Below are positions 23,486 through 32,816 of a stretch of 64,000 bases of DNA, in pieces; the stretch's first letter is position 1; each line of letters starts with the position of its first letter. The DNA lies in the IMG/VR virus record IMGVR_UViG_3300045988_118131; one strand, given 5' to 3'. The translations under genes and the position numbers were made by a program. Source of the stretch: a virus. The notes beneath the pieces were generated by a model. It saw nothing but the letters and a program-made list of their open reading frames with translations, was not told the origin of the DNA and ran no database searches.

Positions 23486-24583
23486 ATGGAAGGAATTAAA
23501 GAGTTAATTTGGTTAAACGATGGGAGAACTTATAGACAAATTGAGGAAAGTGTACAGCTGATTCCTACTTTGCCTAAAAAGGTTTATAATATGTGCTTAG
23601 ATCCATACGAACGTATATATTTGGAAGAGTACTGTGAGAACTTTAACTTTGAATTCAAAGTATATGGCTTGGAAACTAAGTTTATTGACCACGTCATGAC
23701 CACTTTTGAAAATACGTCTGGTAATTTAGGCATTCTCCTAAATGGTACTAAAGGAACCGGTAAAACAGTATGTGCTAAGATTTTGGCCAATAAAATGAAT
23801 CTTCCAGTTATTATTGTCCCCAGAAATATGAAGGGTCTTCAAGAATTTGTTTCCAAAATTAGTTCGGACGTTATTCTATTCTTTGACGAATTTGAAAAGT
23901 CTTTTGATAGAAATGATTCTACTATCTTAACTATTATGGATGGGGTGTATAATAGTGGACACCGTAAAATCTTCTTGCTGACCACTAATCAATTATATAT
24001 CAATGATAATTTGATTGGTAGACCTTCCCGTATTCGTTACAAGAAAACATTTGGAAATTTGTCTGTAGAAACTATTAAGGAATATCTTGAGGACAATCTT
24101 ATAGATAAAAGTAGATCTAATCAAATTTTAGAATTTGTAGATTCTTTGTCTATATCTACTATTGATATTCTTAAATCAACTGTAGAAGAAATTAACATAC
24201 ATAATTGTAATATTTCCGACTTTAAGAAATGGATTAATGTTGAGCAGGCTAAGTTCTCTTGGAAATTCTGGTATAAGAGAATAGATCGTGATGATGATAT
24301 TTATGGGGTTTATACTCTTGAAGACTTTAAGAAAGAATTAAAAGAAACTCCAAAGGATAAATTAGACGACAACTGCATTTGGCAGTCTAGTACTAATACA
24401 AACTCTTCAGTAGAGTATATGCACGAAGGTGAGAATTTCTACTACGGGCAAATTACCCAAACTCTCACTAGTGACAATTATCTTGTTTTAGAAGACGAGG
24501 ATAACTCTATTTATTATTGTTATATCATTAATATTGACAAGAAACCGTCTCTATATAGAGGAGCGCTAGGTTACGCATTTTAA
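23486..24583 (+). CDS. AAA+ ATPase
   Basis: Walker A GTKGTGKT, Walker B ILFFDEFE. Confidence 0.7.
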   Translation: MEGIKELIWLNDGRTYRQIEESVQLIPTLPKKVYNMCLDPYERIYLEEYCENFNFEFKVYGLETKFIDHVMTTFENTSGNLGILLNGTKGTGKTVCAKILANKMNLPVIIVPRNMKGLQEFVSKISSDVILFFDEFEKSFDRNDSTILTIMDGVYNSGHRKIFLLTTNQLYINDNLIGRPSRIRYKKTFGNLSVETIKEYLEDNLIDKSRSNQILEFVDSLSISTIDILKSTVEEINIHNCNISDFKKWINVEQAKFSWKFWYKRIDRDDDIYGVYTLEDFKKELKETPKDKLDDNCIWQSSTNTNSSVEYMHEGENFYYGQITQTLTSDNYLVLEDEDNSIYYCYIINIDKKPSLYRGALGYAF

Positions 24584-24602
24584 AAAAAAAATAAAAATAA
24601 TT

Positions 24603-26609
24603 ATGCTATTCAAAGAATTTAAAGATAAAGTAGACAACAGTTTTCAACAAATGTGTAAAGGTCAATCTAATCTATTCAGAGCAAAAGTTGATAAAGACTT
24701 GCTTTGGAATACTTATTTGGAATCATTTCCAGAAGAGGAGAGACAAGAACATAATTGTAATTGTTGTAGACAATTTATTAAGAATTGGGGCAATGTAGTA
24801 GCTATTAAAAACAATAAAGTTATAACTTTTTGGGATATAGAGTGCGAAGAACCCTATAATACTGTAGCTGCTAATCTCAAAAAATTAATTCTAGCTCATC
24901 CAGTTACCGACTTGTTAGTTCAAACTTTCCCTAAATTGGGAACAGACAAGAATACTTTTTTACGTGCTGATGGTACTGTTGGAGTCTGGAATCATCTTTT
25001 TACAGTGCTACCTGAGAAATTCATATATAGAGGAAGCTCTAGCGAGGATACTGTAATGTCAGATTTTAGATCAACTTATGAAGTATTTACACGTTCATTG
25101 AATACGATAACTCCTGATGCAGTAGCTGTTGTTCTAGAGTTGATTGAACAAAACTCGCTATACAGAGGTTTAGAATTTAAGAAAGTAGTTGAAGAGTTTC
25201 AAACTTTGCAAAATAAATACAATAAACTTCCTCAAAATGAGAAAAATGCTTACATTATTTCTCACGTTAAAAATTCTGGAGTCGTAGCTAGAATCCGAAA
25301 TTCTGCAATTGGAACTCTTCTTGTTGACCTATCTGAGGGAGTTGACTTAGATACAGCTGTAACTAAATTTGAGAAAGTAGTTGCCCCTACTAATTATAAG
25401 AGACCTACATCAGTTGTAACTAAATCAATGATTGAAGCTGCTCAGAAAAAAGTTAAGGAATTAGGTATTGAGAAATCTCTTAGCAGAGATTATGCAAAAC
25501 TTGATGATATTACCGTAAATAACGTTCTGTTTGTAAACAGAGACTTATCTGAACAAGTAGGAATCTTTGACAAACTTAAAGAAAACATAGTGATTAATCC
25601 TAAGAAGTTTTCTAAAGTTGAAGAAATTGGAATTGAAGATTTCATTAGCAAAGTTCTTCCTACTGCAAAAAGTGTTCAAGTATTAGTAGAACAGAAGCAT
25701 GAGCCTAATTTAGTTACCTTAACTAAGTCCAAATATGAGGACGCTCCCAATATCTTTAAATGGAATAATAACTTTGCTTGGGCATATAACGGAAACTTAG
25801 CTGATTCAATAAAAGAAAAGGTTAAGAAGGCAGGAGGTAACGTTAACGGAGTATTGAGATGTTCGTTGCATTGGTTTAATTATGATGATTTAGACATTCA
25901 TGTTGTAGAGCCGCATGGAGCTCATATATACTATAGTGACAAATATTCCAATTCGTCAGGAATGCTGGATGTAGATATGAATGCCGGAAGTAAAAGAGAG
26001 TCTAGGGATGCTGTAGAGAATATTGTTTGGACTGATTCAAACAAGATGGCTGAAGGAGTTTATACACTGTACATTAATAACTTCTATAAGAAAGAGTGGA
26101 CTGACGAAGGATTTGAATGTGAAATAGAATGTAATGGAGAGTTGCATAAATTTTCATATGAAAGACCTGTTAGAGATAAAGAAAACGTTAAAGTATGCAC
26201 TTTTAAATGGAGTAGAAAGCTAGGAATTACAGAAATAGCTGCATCCATTCCAGAAGCAAGCACTAATATTTCTAAAGAAATCTGGGGAATTAATACTAAT
26301 AAATTCCAGAAAGTCTCCATGATAATGTTATCGCCTAACTATTGGGATGATCAGTCAATTGGTAACAAGCACTATTTCTTCATGTTGGAAGGATGTAGAA
26401 GTTCCGAAAAAACTAGAGGGTTCTTTAATGAATATTTAAAGGAATCTCTAAATGAGCATAGAAAAGTGTTTGAAATTTTAGGAAACAATTTATTGCTTCC
26501 AACCTCACTAGAGCAACTGAGCGGATTAGGGTTTTCTTCAACAGTAAGAAATGAACTAATTTGTAAGGTAGAAGGCTCATTTGAAAGAATTATTAAAGTT
26601 AAATTTTAA
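24603..26609 (+). CDS. large conserved protein (668 aa); Cys-cluster N-terminus, DUF2135-like C-terminal domain
   Basis: HNCNCCRQF cluster; LHWFNYDDLDIHVVEPHGAHIYY...LDVDMN resembles the DLDLHV..P.G motif of YfaP/DUF2135-type domains. Confidence 0.5.
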   Translation: MLFKEFKDKVDNSFQQMCKGQSNLFRAKVDKDLLWNTYLESFPEEERQEHNCNCCRQFIKNWGNVVAIKNNKVITFWDIECEEPYNTVAANLKKLILAHPVTDLLVQTFPKLGTDKNTFLRADGTVGVWNHLFTVLPEKFIYRGSSSEDTVMSDFRSTYEVFTRSLNTITPDAVAVVLELIEQNSLYRGLEFKKVVEEFQTLQNKYNKLPQNEKNAYIISHVKNSGVVARIRNSAIGTLLVDLSEGVDLDTAVTKFEKVVAPTNYKRPTSVVTKSMIEAAQKKVKELGIEKSLSRDYAKLDDITVNNVLFVNRDLSEQVGIFDKLKENIVINPKKFSKVEEIGIEDFISKVLPTAKSVQVLVEQKHEPNLVTLTKSKYEDAPNIFKWNNNFAWAYNGNLADSIKEKVKKAGGNVNGVLRCSLHWFNYDDLDIHVVEPHGAHIYYSDKYSNSSGMLDVDMNAGSKRESRDAVENIVWTDSNKMAEGVYTLYINNFYKKEWTDEGFECEIECNGELHKFSYERPVRDKENVKVCTFKWSRKLGITEIAASIPEASTNISKEIWGINTNKFQKVSMIMLSPNYWDDQSIGNKHYFFMLEGCRSSEKTRGFFNEYLKESLNEHRKVFEILGNNLLLPTSLEQLSGLGFSSTVRNELICKVEGSFERIIKVKF

Positions 26610-26621
26610 AACAGTAAGAAT

Positions 26622-27005
26622 ATGAATAATTTTGAAAAGGCAACAAGACTTAGACTTCGTTTTGAAACATCTCGTGGAAATCTTAATGTAGAGGATCTTT
26701 GGAGACTTCCACTTGCTGAACTAGATAAACTAGCTATTGCTCTTAACAAGCAATTGAAGGAATCTAGTGAAGAGAGTTTCATTAAAGCCAAATCGAAAGA
26801 TAATAAACTTCTGGAGTTACGTTTTGATATTGTTAAACATATCATTGAAACTCTTCTTTCCGAAGATGAAGAAAAGAAGAAAGCTGCGGATAAAAGGGCT
26901 AAGCGTGAACAGCTTCTAGAACTGATTGCTAAGAAGAAGAACCAGGAACTTGAGGGAAAGAGCTTGGAAGAGTTAGAAGCTGAGTTAACTAAACTGGAAG
27001 ATTAA
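26622..27005 (+). CDS. coiled-coil protein (127 aa)
   Basis: ATG ORF; K/E-rich. Confidence 0.6.
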   Translation: MNNFEKATRLRLRFETSRGNLNVEDLWRLPLAELDKLAIALNKQLKESSEESFIKAKSKDNKLLELRFDIVKHIIETLLSEDEEKKKAADKRAKREQLLELIAKKKNQELEGKSLEELEAELTKLED

Positions 27006-27016
27006 CAATGCTCAAA

Positions 27017-27056
27017 GGTGGTAAAACTAAAGAGGGTTCGAATCCCTCTACCACTT
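27017..27056 (+). ncRNA. tRNA minihelix (acceptor stem + T arm only), 40 nt
   Basis: ggtggta-aaactaaa-gaggg-ttcgaat-ccctc-taccact. Confidence 0.45.
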
Positions 27057-27071
27057 CAAAATTTAGACAAT

Positions 27072-27362
27072 ATGGCGGAGATTAGTATTTCAATTGGAAT
27101 AGTTATAGCAGTTTTTATTCCTGTAATTATTGCAATATTGGTGGAAAAAAAGAAGATAAATAGTATAAGGGTAGGACAAGTATGGTTTACAGAAAAGCAT
27201 TTTAATCCATTTCTTAGACATAAAAGAAGAGTAAGGGTGAAGGGTATATTAGATGGTTGGGTAAAACTAGACGATCTAAGTTGCTTCGATGCTAATGGGC
27301 GTCCAGTTCGGATGTATTTAACTTGTTCTGATTTAATCACATTATATAGATTAGAAGAATGA
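27072..27362 (+). CDS. membrane-anchored protein (96 aa)
   Basis: First ATG after the minihelix; TM segment ISISIGIVIAVFIPVIIAILV. Confidence 0.55.
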   Translation: MAEISISIGIVIAVFIPVIIAILVEKKKINSIRVGQVWFTEKHFNPFLRHKRRVRVKGILDGWVKLDDLSCFDANGRPVRMYLTCSDLITLYRLEE

Positions 27363-27559
27363 AAAAATATTTATTAATTTTAGGGTTAGCAGTGGGACTA
27401 AGCTCGTGTACTAAAGTAAATGACTCAAAACATGAAATAAATTATAAAGGTCACAACTATATAGTATTTGAACATGGGTGTGGACTGAGTCAAAATTATA
27501 GTATGAGTGTAGTACACGATCCAGACTGCCCTTGTCATAAAAGAGTTTTGAAAGAATGA
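27359..27559 (+). CDS. putative lipoprotein (66 aa)
   Basis: MKKYLLILGLAVGLSSC lipobox-like. Confidence 0.55.
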   Translation: MKKYLLILGLAVGLSSCTKVNDSKHEINYKGHNYIVFEHGCGLSQNYSMSVVHDPDCPCHKRVLKE

Positions 27560-27987
27560 AAAAATTTGTATTTATATTGATTTTTTGTTTATCTACTTTA
27601 TCGTTTTCACATGTAGAACCATCTAAAGAGATCTCTCCATTTATTGAGTCTTCTCCAACTTATGAAAGTGTCTATATGGTATGTAAGATGTATAATCTAG
27701 AGTGTCCAGAAATAGTGGTAGCTCAATCTGTATTAGAAACTGGTCATTATAAGTCTCAGCAGTGTTTGCAACATAATAACTTGTTTGGATTATATGATTC
27801 CAAGAATAAAAGATATTATAGATTTGACCACTGGACTCATTCGGTTTTAGCATATAAACAAAAAGTACAATATAGATACAAAGGAGGAGATTATTACGAA
27901 TTTTTAAGAAAAATTGGTTATGCAGAGGATTCGTTATATGTAGAAAAGGTTAAGTTAATTCAAAAAAGGTTAGAGAATGATATTTAA
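27556..27987 (+). CDS. secreted peptidoglycan hydrolase (glucosaminidase/FlgJ-LytD family)
   Basis: Signal peptide; VVAQSVLETGHYKSQQCLQHNNLFGL matches the glucosaminidase domain core. Confidence 0.55.
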   Translation: MKKFVFILIFCLSTLSFSHVEPSKEISPFIESSPTYESVYMVCKMYNLECPEIVVAQSVLETGHYKSQQCLQHNNLFGLYDSKNKRYYRFDHWTHSVLAYKQKVQYRYKGGDYYEFLRKIGYAEDSLYVEKVKLIQKRLENDI

Positions 27988-28135
27988 GTTTTTATTACCA
28001 TTTTTAATGGTCATACTGTTTATTTATTATGTATGGCTGTTTCTTTCTATTACTGGAGTAGTGCCAAGAATTTCCAGTAGAGAATTTAAATTATACCGGA
28101 TTTTTATTCCGTTTTACTATTTAATCTTCGAATAA
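27977..28135 (+). CDS. small membrane protein (52 aa)
   Basis: MIFKFLLPFLMVILFIYYVWLFLSITGVV...; overlaps the previous stop. Confidence 0.4.
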   Translation: MIFKFLLPFLMVILFIYYVWLFLSITGVVPRISSREFKLYRIFIPFYYLIFE

Positions 28136-28165
28136 CTATTTACAAAATTTTAAATTATTTTATTT

Positions 28166-29371
28166 ATGAGAAAAGGTTTAATGGCAATTATTGCAGTGTT
28201 AGTAGTAGCATTCTTGTGTATGATTCCTAAATTGGGAGAAGACATGGATAAGAAGCAAATTGGTGTAAATCAAATTCCTTTTACTGGAACCTTGGAATAC
28301 TGGACAAATGGAGGATTTCAGTTTCAGAAAATGGGAACTGTAACCATTTATGACAAGACTTCCCAAATTTGGTTTAATGAATTGATTCGGAAGGATGATG
28401 GCAATGTTACAGTTTCTCCGGAATTGGAAAATCCAGCTATGCCAATTACTTATAATGATAAGGGAAAAGGATTTGTATTAGGCTCAGTTCGAGTAGAAAT
28501 GCCATTGGAAGGTAAATATTTGGAACGTATTCAAACCCACTATGGCTCTCAAGAAAAACTTATTAGAGACTTAATTAAGCCTACCTTGAATAAAGTTATT
28601 ATTGCTTGCGGTCCTTTGATGTCGTCACTTGAATCTGTTAGCGAAAAGAGAACTGATTTGATTGCATTAATTACTGATCAGCTCAATGCAGGTGTATATA
28701 AAACACAAGTAAGAACTGTAGAAGTTTTGAATCCAATTACTAATGAAAAGCAGATTACTAAAATTGCAGAAGCTATTCCTGACAGTCTGTCTCCTAACGG
28801 AATCAAAAGACAGGAAGCCTCTCCGTTTGCTTTCTATGGTTTAAAAGTATCACAATTATCTATTAGTGATCTTGAATATGAAAATGCTACTTTAGCTCAA
28901 ATTTCAAAGCAAAGAGAAGCTGATATGTCTATTATTACAGCCAAATCTAAAGCCTTGGAAGCTATTCAGAGAACTATTCAAATTGAAGAAGAAGGTAAGG
29001 CTTCTGCAGCTCAAGCTAAATGGGAACAGGAAAAGATTAAGGCTGTAGAGGTAACGAAGGCACAGCAAGCATATGAAGTAGCCCAATTGCAAGCAAAAGA
29101 AGCTGCTGAAAAAGCTAAGAAAATTATCGAAGAAGGTAAAGCAGAAGCAGAAGCTAATCGCCTTAAAGTACAGGCTGGTTTGACTCCTCAAGAAGCAGCT
29201 GAATGGCAGTATAAGACTACTGTAGGTGTAGCAGAAGCTCTTAGTAAATCTAATGTACGTTGGGTTCCTGAAATCATGATGAATGGTAATAATTCTGGAA
29301 GCGGTAGTGCAATGGATGCAGTAGGCTTGAATATGTTGATGGATGTTGCTAAGAAAATGAAAAAAGAGTAA
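28166..29371 (+). CDS. SPFH/band-7-like membrane protein with long A/E/K coiled-coil
   Basis: N-terminal TM, central SPFH-like region, AQAKWEQEKIKAVE..AEAEANRLK repeats. Confidence 0.45.
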   Translation: MRKGLMAIIAVLVVAFLCMIPKLGEDMDKKQIGVNQIPFTGTLEYWTNGGFQFQKMGTVTIYDKTSQIWFNELIRKDDGNVTVSPELENPAMPITYNDKGKGFVLGSVRVEMPLEGKYLERIQTHYGSQEKLIRDLIKPTLNKVIIACGPLMSSLESVSEKRTDLIALITDQLNAGVYKTQVRTVEVLNPITNEKQITKIAEAIPDSLSPNGIKRQEASPFAFYGLKVSQLSISDLEYENATLAQISKQREADMSIITAKSKALEAIQRTIQIEEEGKASAAQAKWEQEKIKAVEVTKAQQAYEVAQLQAKEAAEKAKKIIEEGKAEAEANRLKVQAGLTPQEAAEWQYKTTVGVAEALSKSNVRWVPEIMMNGNNSGSGSAMDAVGLNMLMDVAKKMKKE

Positions 29372-29484
29372 CAAGGGGCTAAATTAAACTCTCCAAACCA
29401 GAGCCCTTGAACCTAAATGTTAAGTATTACAAGGTAACAGACCACGAGGTAATTCTCTAGGAGTGCTGTTAGGGAGAGTGGATT

Positions 29485-29557
29485 TCTTAGGTAGCTTCAA
29501 TTGGTTAAAGCCCTGGATTTTACTAGGAGATTGTGGGTTCGAATCCCACCCTAAGAA
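29485..29557 (+). tRNA. tRNA with non-standard anticodon loop (AUUUUA; 6-nt loop, or 8-nt if the closing pair opens)
   Basis: tcttagg/cctaaga, gctt..aagc, gtggg-ttcgaat-cccac are all good; the only consistent anticodon stem cctgg/ctagg leaves loop atttta and no nt 26. Confidence 0.5.
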
Positions 29558-29578
29558 CAAATAATTAAAAACAAAAAA

Positions 29579-29959
29579 ATGATTAATATTAATGTAGCAA
29601 AGGAGTTAGTTAAAATGTATGATAACTTAACTCTTGAAGATTTTGAACGAGAATGGTGTGATGGAATGTGTGGATCCAACATTCTTCAAACTTTTACAGG
29701 TTTCGGAAGTCCTAGAAAATGTCTATTGTGTAAAGAGGCTGAGGCATTAAGAGACAGGTTTGAAGAAGATATGTGTAATTATTGTATTTATGGCGAACAT
29801 TTTGGATGCGTAATAGCTCCATATTATTTAGCTATATGTGACTCTTGTTCTCCGGAAGAACTTTTAAAAGCTGTACGTAATAGAAGTAATTATATAAAAA
29901 CTCTTATAAAGGAGATAGAAGAAAATTCAAACAATGTAGCTAATGAATCAGAAAAGTAA
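29579..29959 (+). CDS. Cys-rich hypothetical protein (126 aa)
   Basis: ATG ORF; multiple CxxC-like pairs. Confidence 0.6.
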   Translation: MININVAKELVKMYDNLTLEDFEREWCDGMCGSNILQTFTGFGSPRKCLLCKEAEALRDRFEEDMCNYCIYGEHFGCVIAPYYLAICDSCSPEELLKAVRNRSNYIKTLIKEIEENSNNVANESEK

Positions 29960-30071
29960 GATCTCTTCTAATAAGAAGAATTTAAAAAAGAAGTCAAAAA
30001 CAATTATCCCTCTTTACCAAGATCTTTTTGGAGAGGTTGACAGACAAATGATTCAAAACATATTGAGATAA
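29943..30071 (+). CDS. small basic protein (42 aa)
   Basis: ATG ORF MNQKSKISSNKKNLKKKSKT... Confidence 0.3.
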   Translation: MNQKSKISSNKKNLKKKSKTIIPLYQDLFGEVDRQMIQNILR

Positions 30072-30154
30072 CACTAAAGTTAAATTTTTAAAACTTAACA
30101 AAGATGAAATTGCTAACATAGATGAAGAAATAGAAATTAAAAAAATAGCAAATT

Positions 30155-30451
30155 ATGACTATTGAGGGAGAGGATTTTATTCTAACTCCAATTAACGAAC
30201 ACTCTTTAGGATTTGATTTGGAGTTGTTACAGACTATTAATAAAGGGAAGGAAAACGAGAGAAAAGAATTTAAAAATGTGGCTTATGCTCTCCCTTTAGA
30301 TGTAGCTGTTAAGAAAATTATAGCATATCGAATCTCAAAGAAATCTGGAAATTCAGTTTTAAAACTGAAAGATTATATTAATCTATTTATAGAGGAAAGT
30401 GAAAAGTTAAGACATTTGTGTAATGGCAAAGAAACAAAGTCAGAAGATTAA
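30155..30451 (+). CDS. hypothetical protein (98 aa)
   Basis: ATG ORF from track. Confidence 0.6.
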   Translation: MTIEGEDFILTPINEHSLGFDLELLQTINKGKENERKEFKNVAYALPLDVAVKKIIAYRISKKSGNSVLKLKDYINLFIEESEKLRHLCNGKETKSED

Positions 30452-30578
30452 AAAGGTTTACGAACCCAGAAAGGTGTTAATGTGTCCTAAGTGTAGAACT
30501 AAGACTATACACATGTTGTTTGATTACGACAAAGGTATCTACAAGTGTTTAATTTGTAACGCTGTACATTCGGTATGA
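30423..30578 (+). CDS. zinc-ribbon protein (51 aa)
   Basis: CPKC...CLIC; ATGA overlap with the next gene. Confidence 0.45.
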   Translation: MAKKQSQKIKKVYEPRKVLMCPKCRTKTIHMLFDYDKGIYKCLICNAVHSV

Positions 30579-30844
30579 TTTATACAATGATTTTTCTCTA
30601 TATCATTTCGAGCTTGTTTGTATTAGACTTAGGAATTGTTGTTTTAAAACAAATTAGACTAGAAAGTGAAGATCATAAAGCTTCTTTAGGAGTATTAATT
30701 GGTTTGATACTTACAACTATCATTCCAGTAGTTAATGCACTTTCTGCAACTATGGGAATAATGGTTATTTTAGTAGACTTAGAAGCTAGAGACGTTTATA
30801 TTAAACATAGCAAAATTGTACAATTTTTTAATATAAGAGTATGA
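30575..30844 (+). CDS. membrane protein (89 aa)
   Basis: Two to three hydrophobic segments. Confidence 0.55.
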   Translation: MIYTMIFLYIISSLFVLDLGIVVLKQIRLESEDHKASLGVLIGLILTTIIPVVNALSATMGIMVILVDLEARDVYIKHSKIVQFFNIRV

Positions 30845-31050
30845 AAAAAGAACAAACAAAAAAGACAGAAAACAAGAGAAAAGAACTATCTCCAGTAAAT
30901 GTACATAACCAAGAAGAAATGATAGCTTTGGGCATACATCCTAAATATAAAGTTCCTAGAGATCCAAGTGTATGGACAAAAACACCCCATGAAAAAGAAC
31001 TTGTCAAAGAATGCAGACATAGATACGGAAGAAGTATCAAAAAGTACTAA
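30841..31050 (+). CDS. basic hypothetical protein (69 aa)
   Basis: ATG ORF from track. Confidence 0.5.
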   Translation: MKKEQTKKTENKRKELSPVNVHNQEEMIALGIHPKYKVPRDPSVWTKTPHEKELVKECRHRYGRSIKKY

Positions 31051-31219
31051 CGAGTTTTTTTACGAGGTAGCCTTATATAGAATATTTCCAGATAGGGTAG
31101 AATCTATGGGTGGAAAATTCTTTAAGACTACTTCACCATATAAAGGTGAAACTTGTATAGTTAGAAAACTTAACAAGGAAGTTAAGGTTATGAAAACAAT
31201 TAGTCAAATTTATATGTAA
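30989..31219 (+). CDS. hypothetical protein (76 aa), overlaps the previous ORF in another frame
   Basis: First ATG in track ORF 30968..31219; start uncertain. Confidence 0.35.
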   Translation: MKKNLSKNADIDTEEVSKSTNEFFYEVALYRIFPDRVESMGGKFFKTTSPYKGETCIVRKLNKEVKVMKTISQIYM

Positions 31220-31221
31220 TT

Positions 31222-31896
31222 ATGGAAGTATTGAAAAATGAGCAGGCAGCTCAAAATGAAATAAAATCTGGAGCAGAGAAAGTAGAATCTGTTATTGAAA
31301 GTTCTCCAACCAATAAAGCAGTTATATTTCCTCCTGAAAAGAAAGCTAGGAGAAAGTGTACATTAAGTGATGAAATGGTAAAGATGCTTATTTACCAAAT
31401 GGCTCATGAGCTTGAAAATCACAATATGTACAAAACATTTGCAGCTTATTTTTATCGTAACGATTTGTCTAAATTAGGTATTTATTATGATGAACGTGCT
31501 GCAGAAGAAAATGTACATCATCAGTGGATTTATAACTATCTAACCGAATGTGATGCTGAGTTCACGTATCCTCAAGTGCCGGCTATCAACTTGGATATTA
31601 CTGACCATGTAATGCCTTTCCGACTTACTGTGGATAAGGAAATTGAAACTACTTTGGGAATTAATCAAATAGTTAACAGGGCTGCAGAAGAAGGTGATTG
31701 GGCAACTTTTACATTCCTATTGGGAGACGATCCTAAAACTGGCAAACTGGTGCTAGAGCAGAGGGAGGAGGAATCTGTTTCAAGAACTATTCTTGGTATG
31801 GCAGAAATGGAAGGAAGCTGGCTAAGAAAACAAAACTCTATTTTGGAATTTTACAGAAATCCAGAATCTATTCAACCAGATAAAGACGAAGATTAA
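31222..31896 (+). CDS. ferritin-like protein
   Basis: QMAHELENHNMYKTFAAYF ... AAEENVHHQWIYNYL resemble ferritin di-iron helices. Confidence 0.5.
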   Translation: MEVLKNEQAAQNEIKSGAEKVESVIESSPTNKAVIFPPEKKARRKCTLSDEMVKMLIYQMAHELENHNMYKTFAAYFYRNDLSKLGIYYDERAAEENVHHQWIYNYLTECDAEFTYPQVPAINLDITDHVMPFRLTVDKEIETTLGINQIVNRAAEEGDWATFTFLLGDDPKTGKLVLEQREEESVSRTILGMAEMEGSWLRKQNSILEFYRNPESIQPDKDED

Positions 31897-31919
31897 CAAT
31901 TAAAAAAAAATAATTTATT

Positions 31920-32417
31920 ATGAAAGTTCAATTTTTAACTCAGAAATTTACAGACTTTGCAGGTGTAGAACGTTCTTTTACTGTAGCAGCGGTTCCAGAA
32001 GATTATGTATCTCTTCCAATGACCCCAGAAGAAACTGCAGACCTTGTTGATACAGTTGCTAACGCTGTTGACAATGGAGAGTGTGAATACTGCAGTGCTC
32101 TGGACTGTGTAGATAAAGTAAACTCTTTGGAACAGAGTAAGCGAGTAGTGTTTGGAGTATCTATATGTCACCCAAGTGATGTTAAGAATGAAAACGAGGA
32201 GTTAGGTAAGAAAATTGCAGAAGGAAAGGCTAAGAGTTCTAGAACTAGAATAGGAGAAATTACCATGACCTCTGGAATGTTTGTGTCTTACGAATACATT
32301 GAAATGTGTCTAAAGAGACTAGCAGAGCTTATTGCTAGAAATCCTGAAAACTATAGTATTTCGTATGCAAAAGCAAAAGAAAAATTCAAGACAGTTCAAA
32401 ACTCTAAAAAAGAATAA
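31920..32417 (+). CDS. hypothetical protein (165 aa)
   Basis: ATG ORF from track. Confidence 0.65.
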   Translation: MKVQFLTQKFTDFAGVERSFTVAAVPEDYVSLPMTPEETADLVDTVANAVDNGECEYCSALDCVDKVNSLEQSKRVVFGVSICHPSDVKNENEELGKKIAEGKAKSSRTRIGEITMTSGMFVSYEYIEMCLKRLAELIARNPENYSISYAKAKEKFKTVQNSKKE

Positions 32418-32816
32418 ATGAATATAAAGAACCAGAATATACTTGTTGCAATCTTCTGTGTTCTTCTACTACTGACTAATATAGCTCTATGGACATATAA
32501 TTGGAGATGTATGAAATCGGATAACTACAAAGAAGAGATATCTCGTTTAAATGGTTTAAAAGATTCCTTGACTAGTGTAAACGATTCCTTAATCCTAGTG
32601 TCCAAAGAGCTTGCTACTTCTGTAGACAGCTTAAAGAATGAGGTAGGTAAAGTAGACTCAGTTATTGTAAAAACAGAAAAAGCTTATGAAAAAGATTTTA
32701 TTGATATTACTAATCAGTCTATCGCTGCCGATGCTAGGTTTTTCTCAGAATACCTTTCCAAAGATAGTGCAAGATTCAATGATAGTAATAACTCCTCAAC
32801 AACTGAAGCACACTAA
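32418..32816 (+). CDS. N-terminal TM + coiled-coil protein (132 aa)
   Basis: ILVAIFCVLLLLTNIALW TM followed by coiled coil. Confidence 0.5.
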   Translation: MNIKNQNILVAIFCVLLLLTNIALWTYNWRCMKSDNYKEEISRLNGLKDSLTSVNDSLILVSKELATSVDSLKNEVGKVDSVIVKTEKAYEKDFIDITNQSIAADARFFSEYLSKDSARFNDSNNSSTTEAH

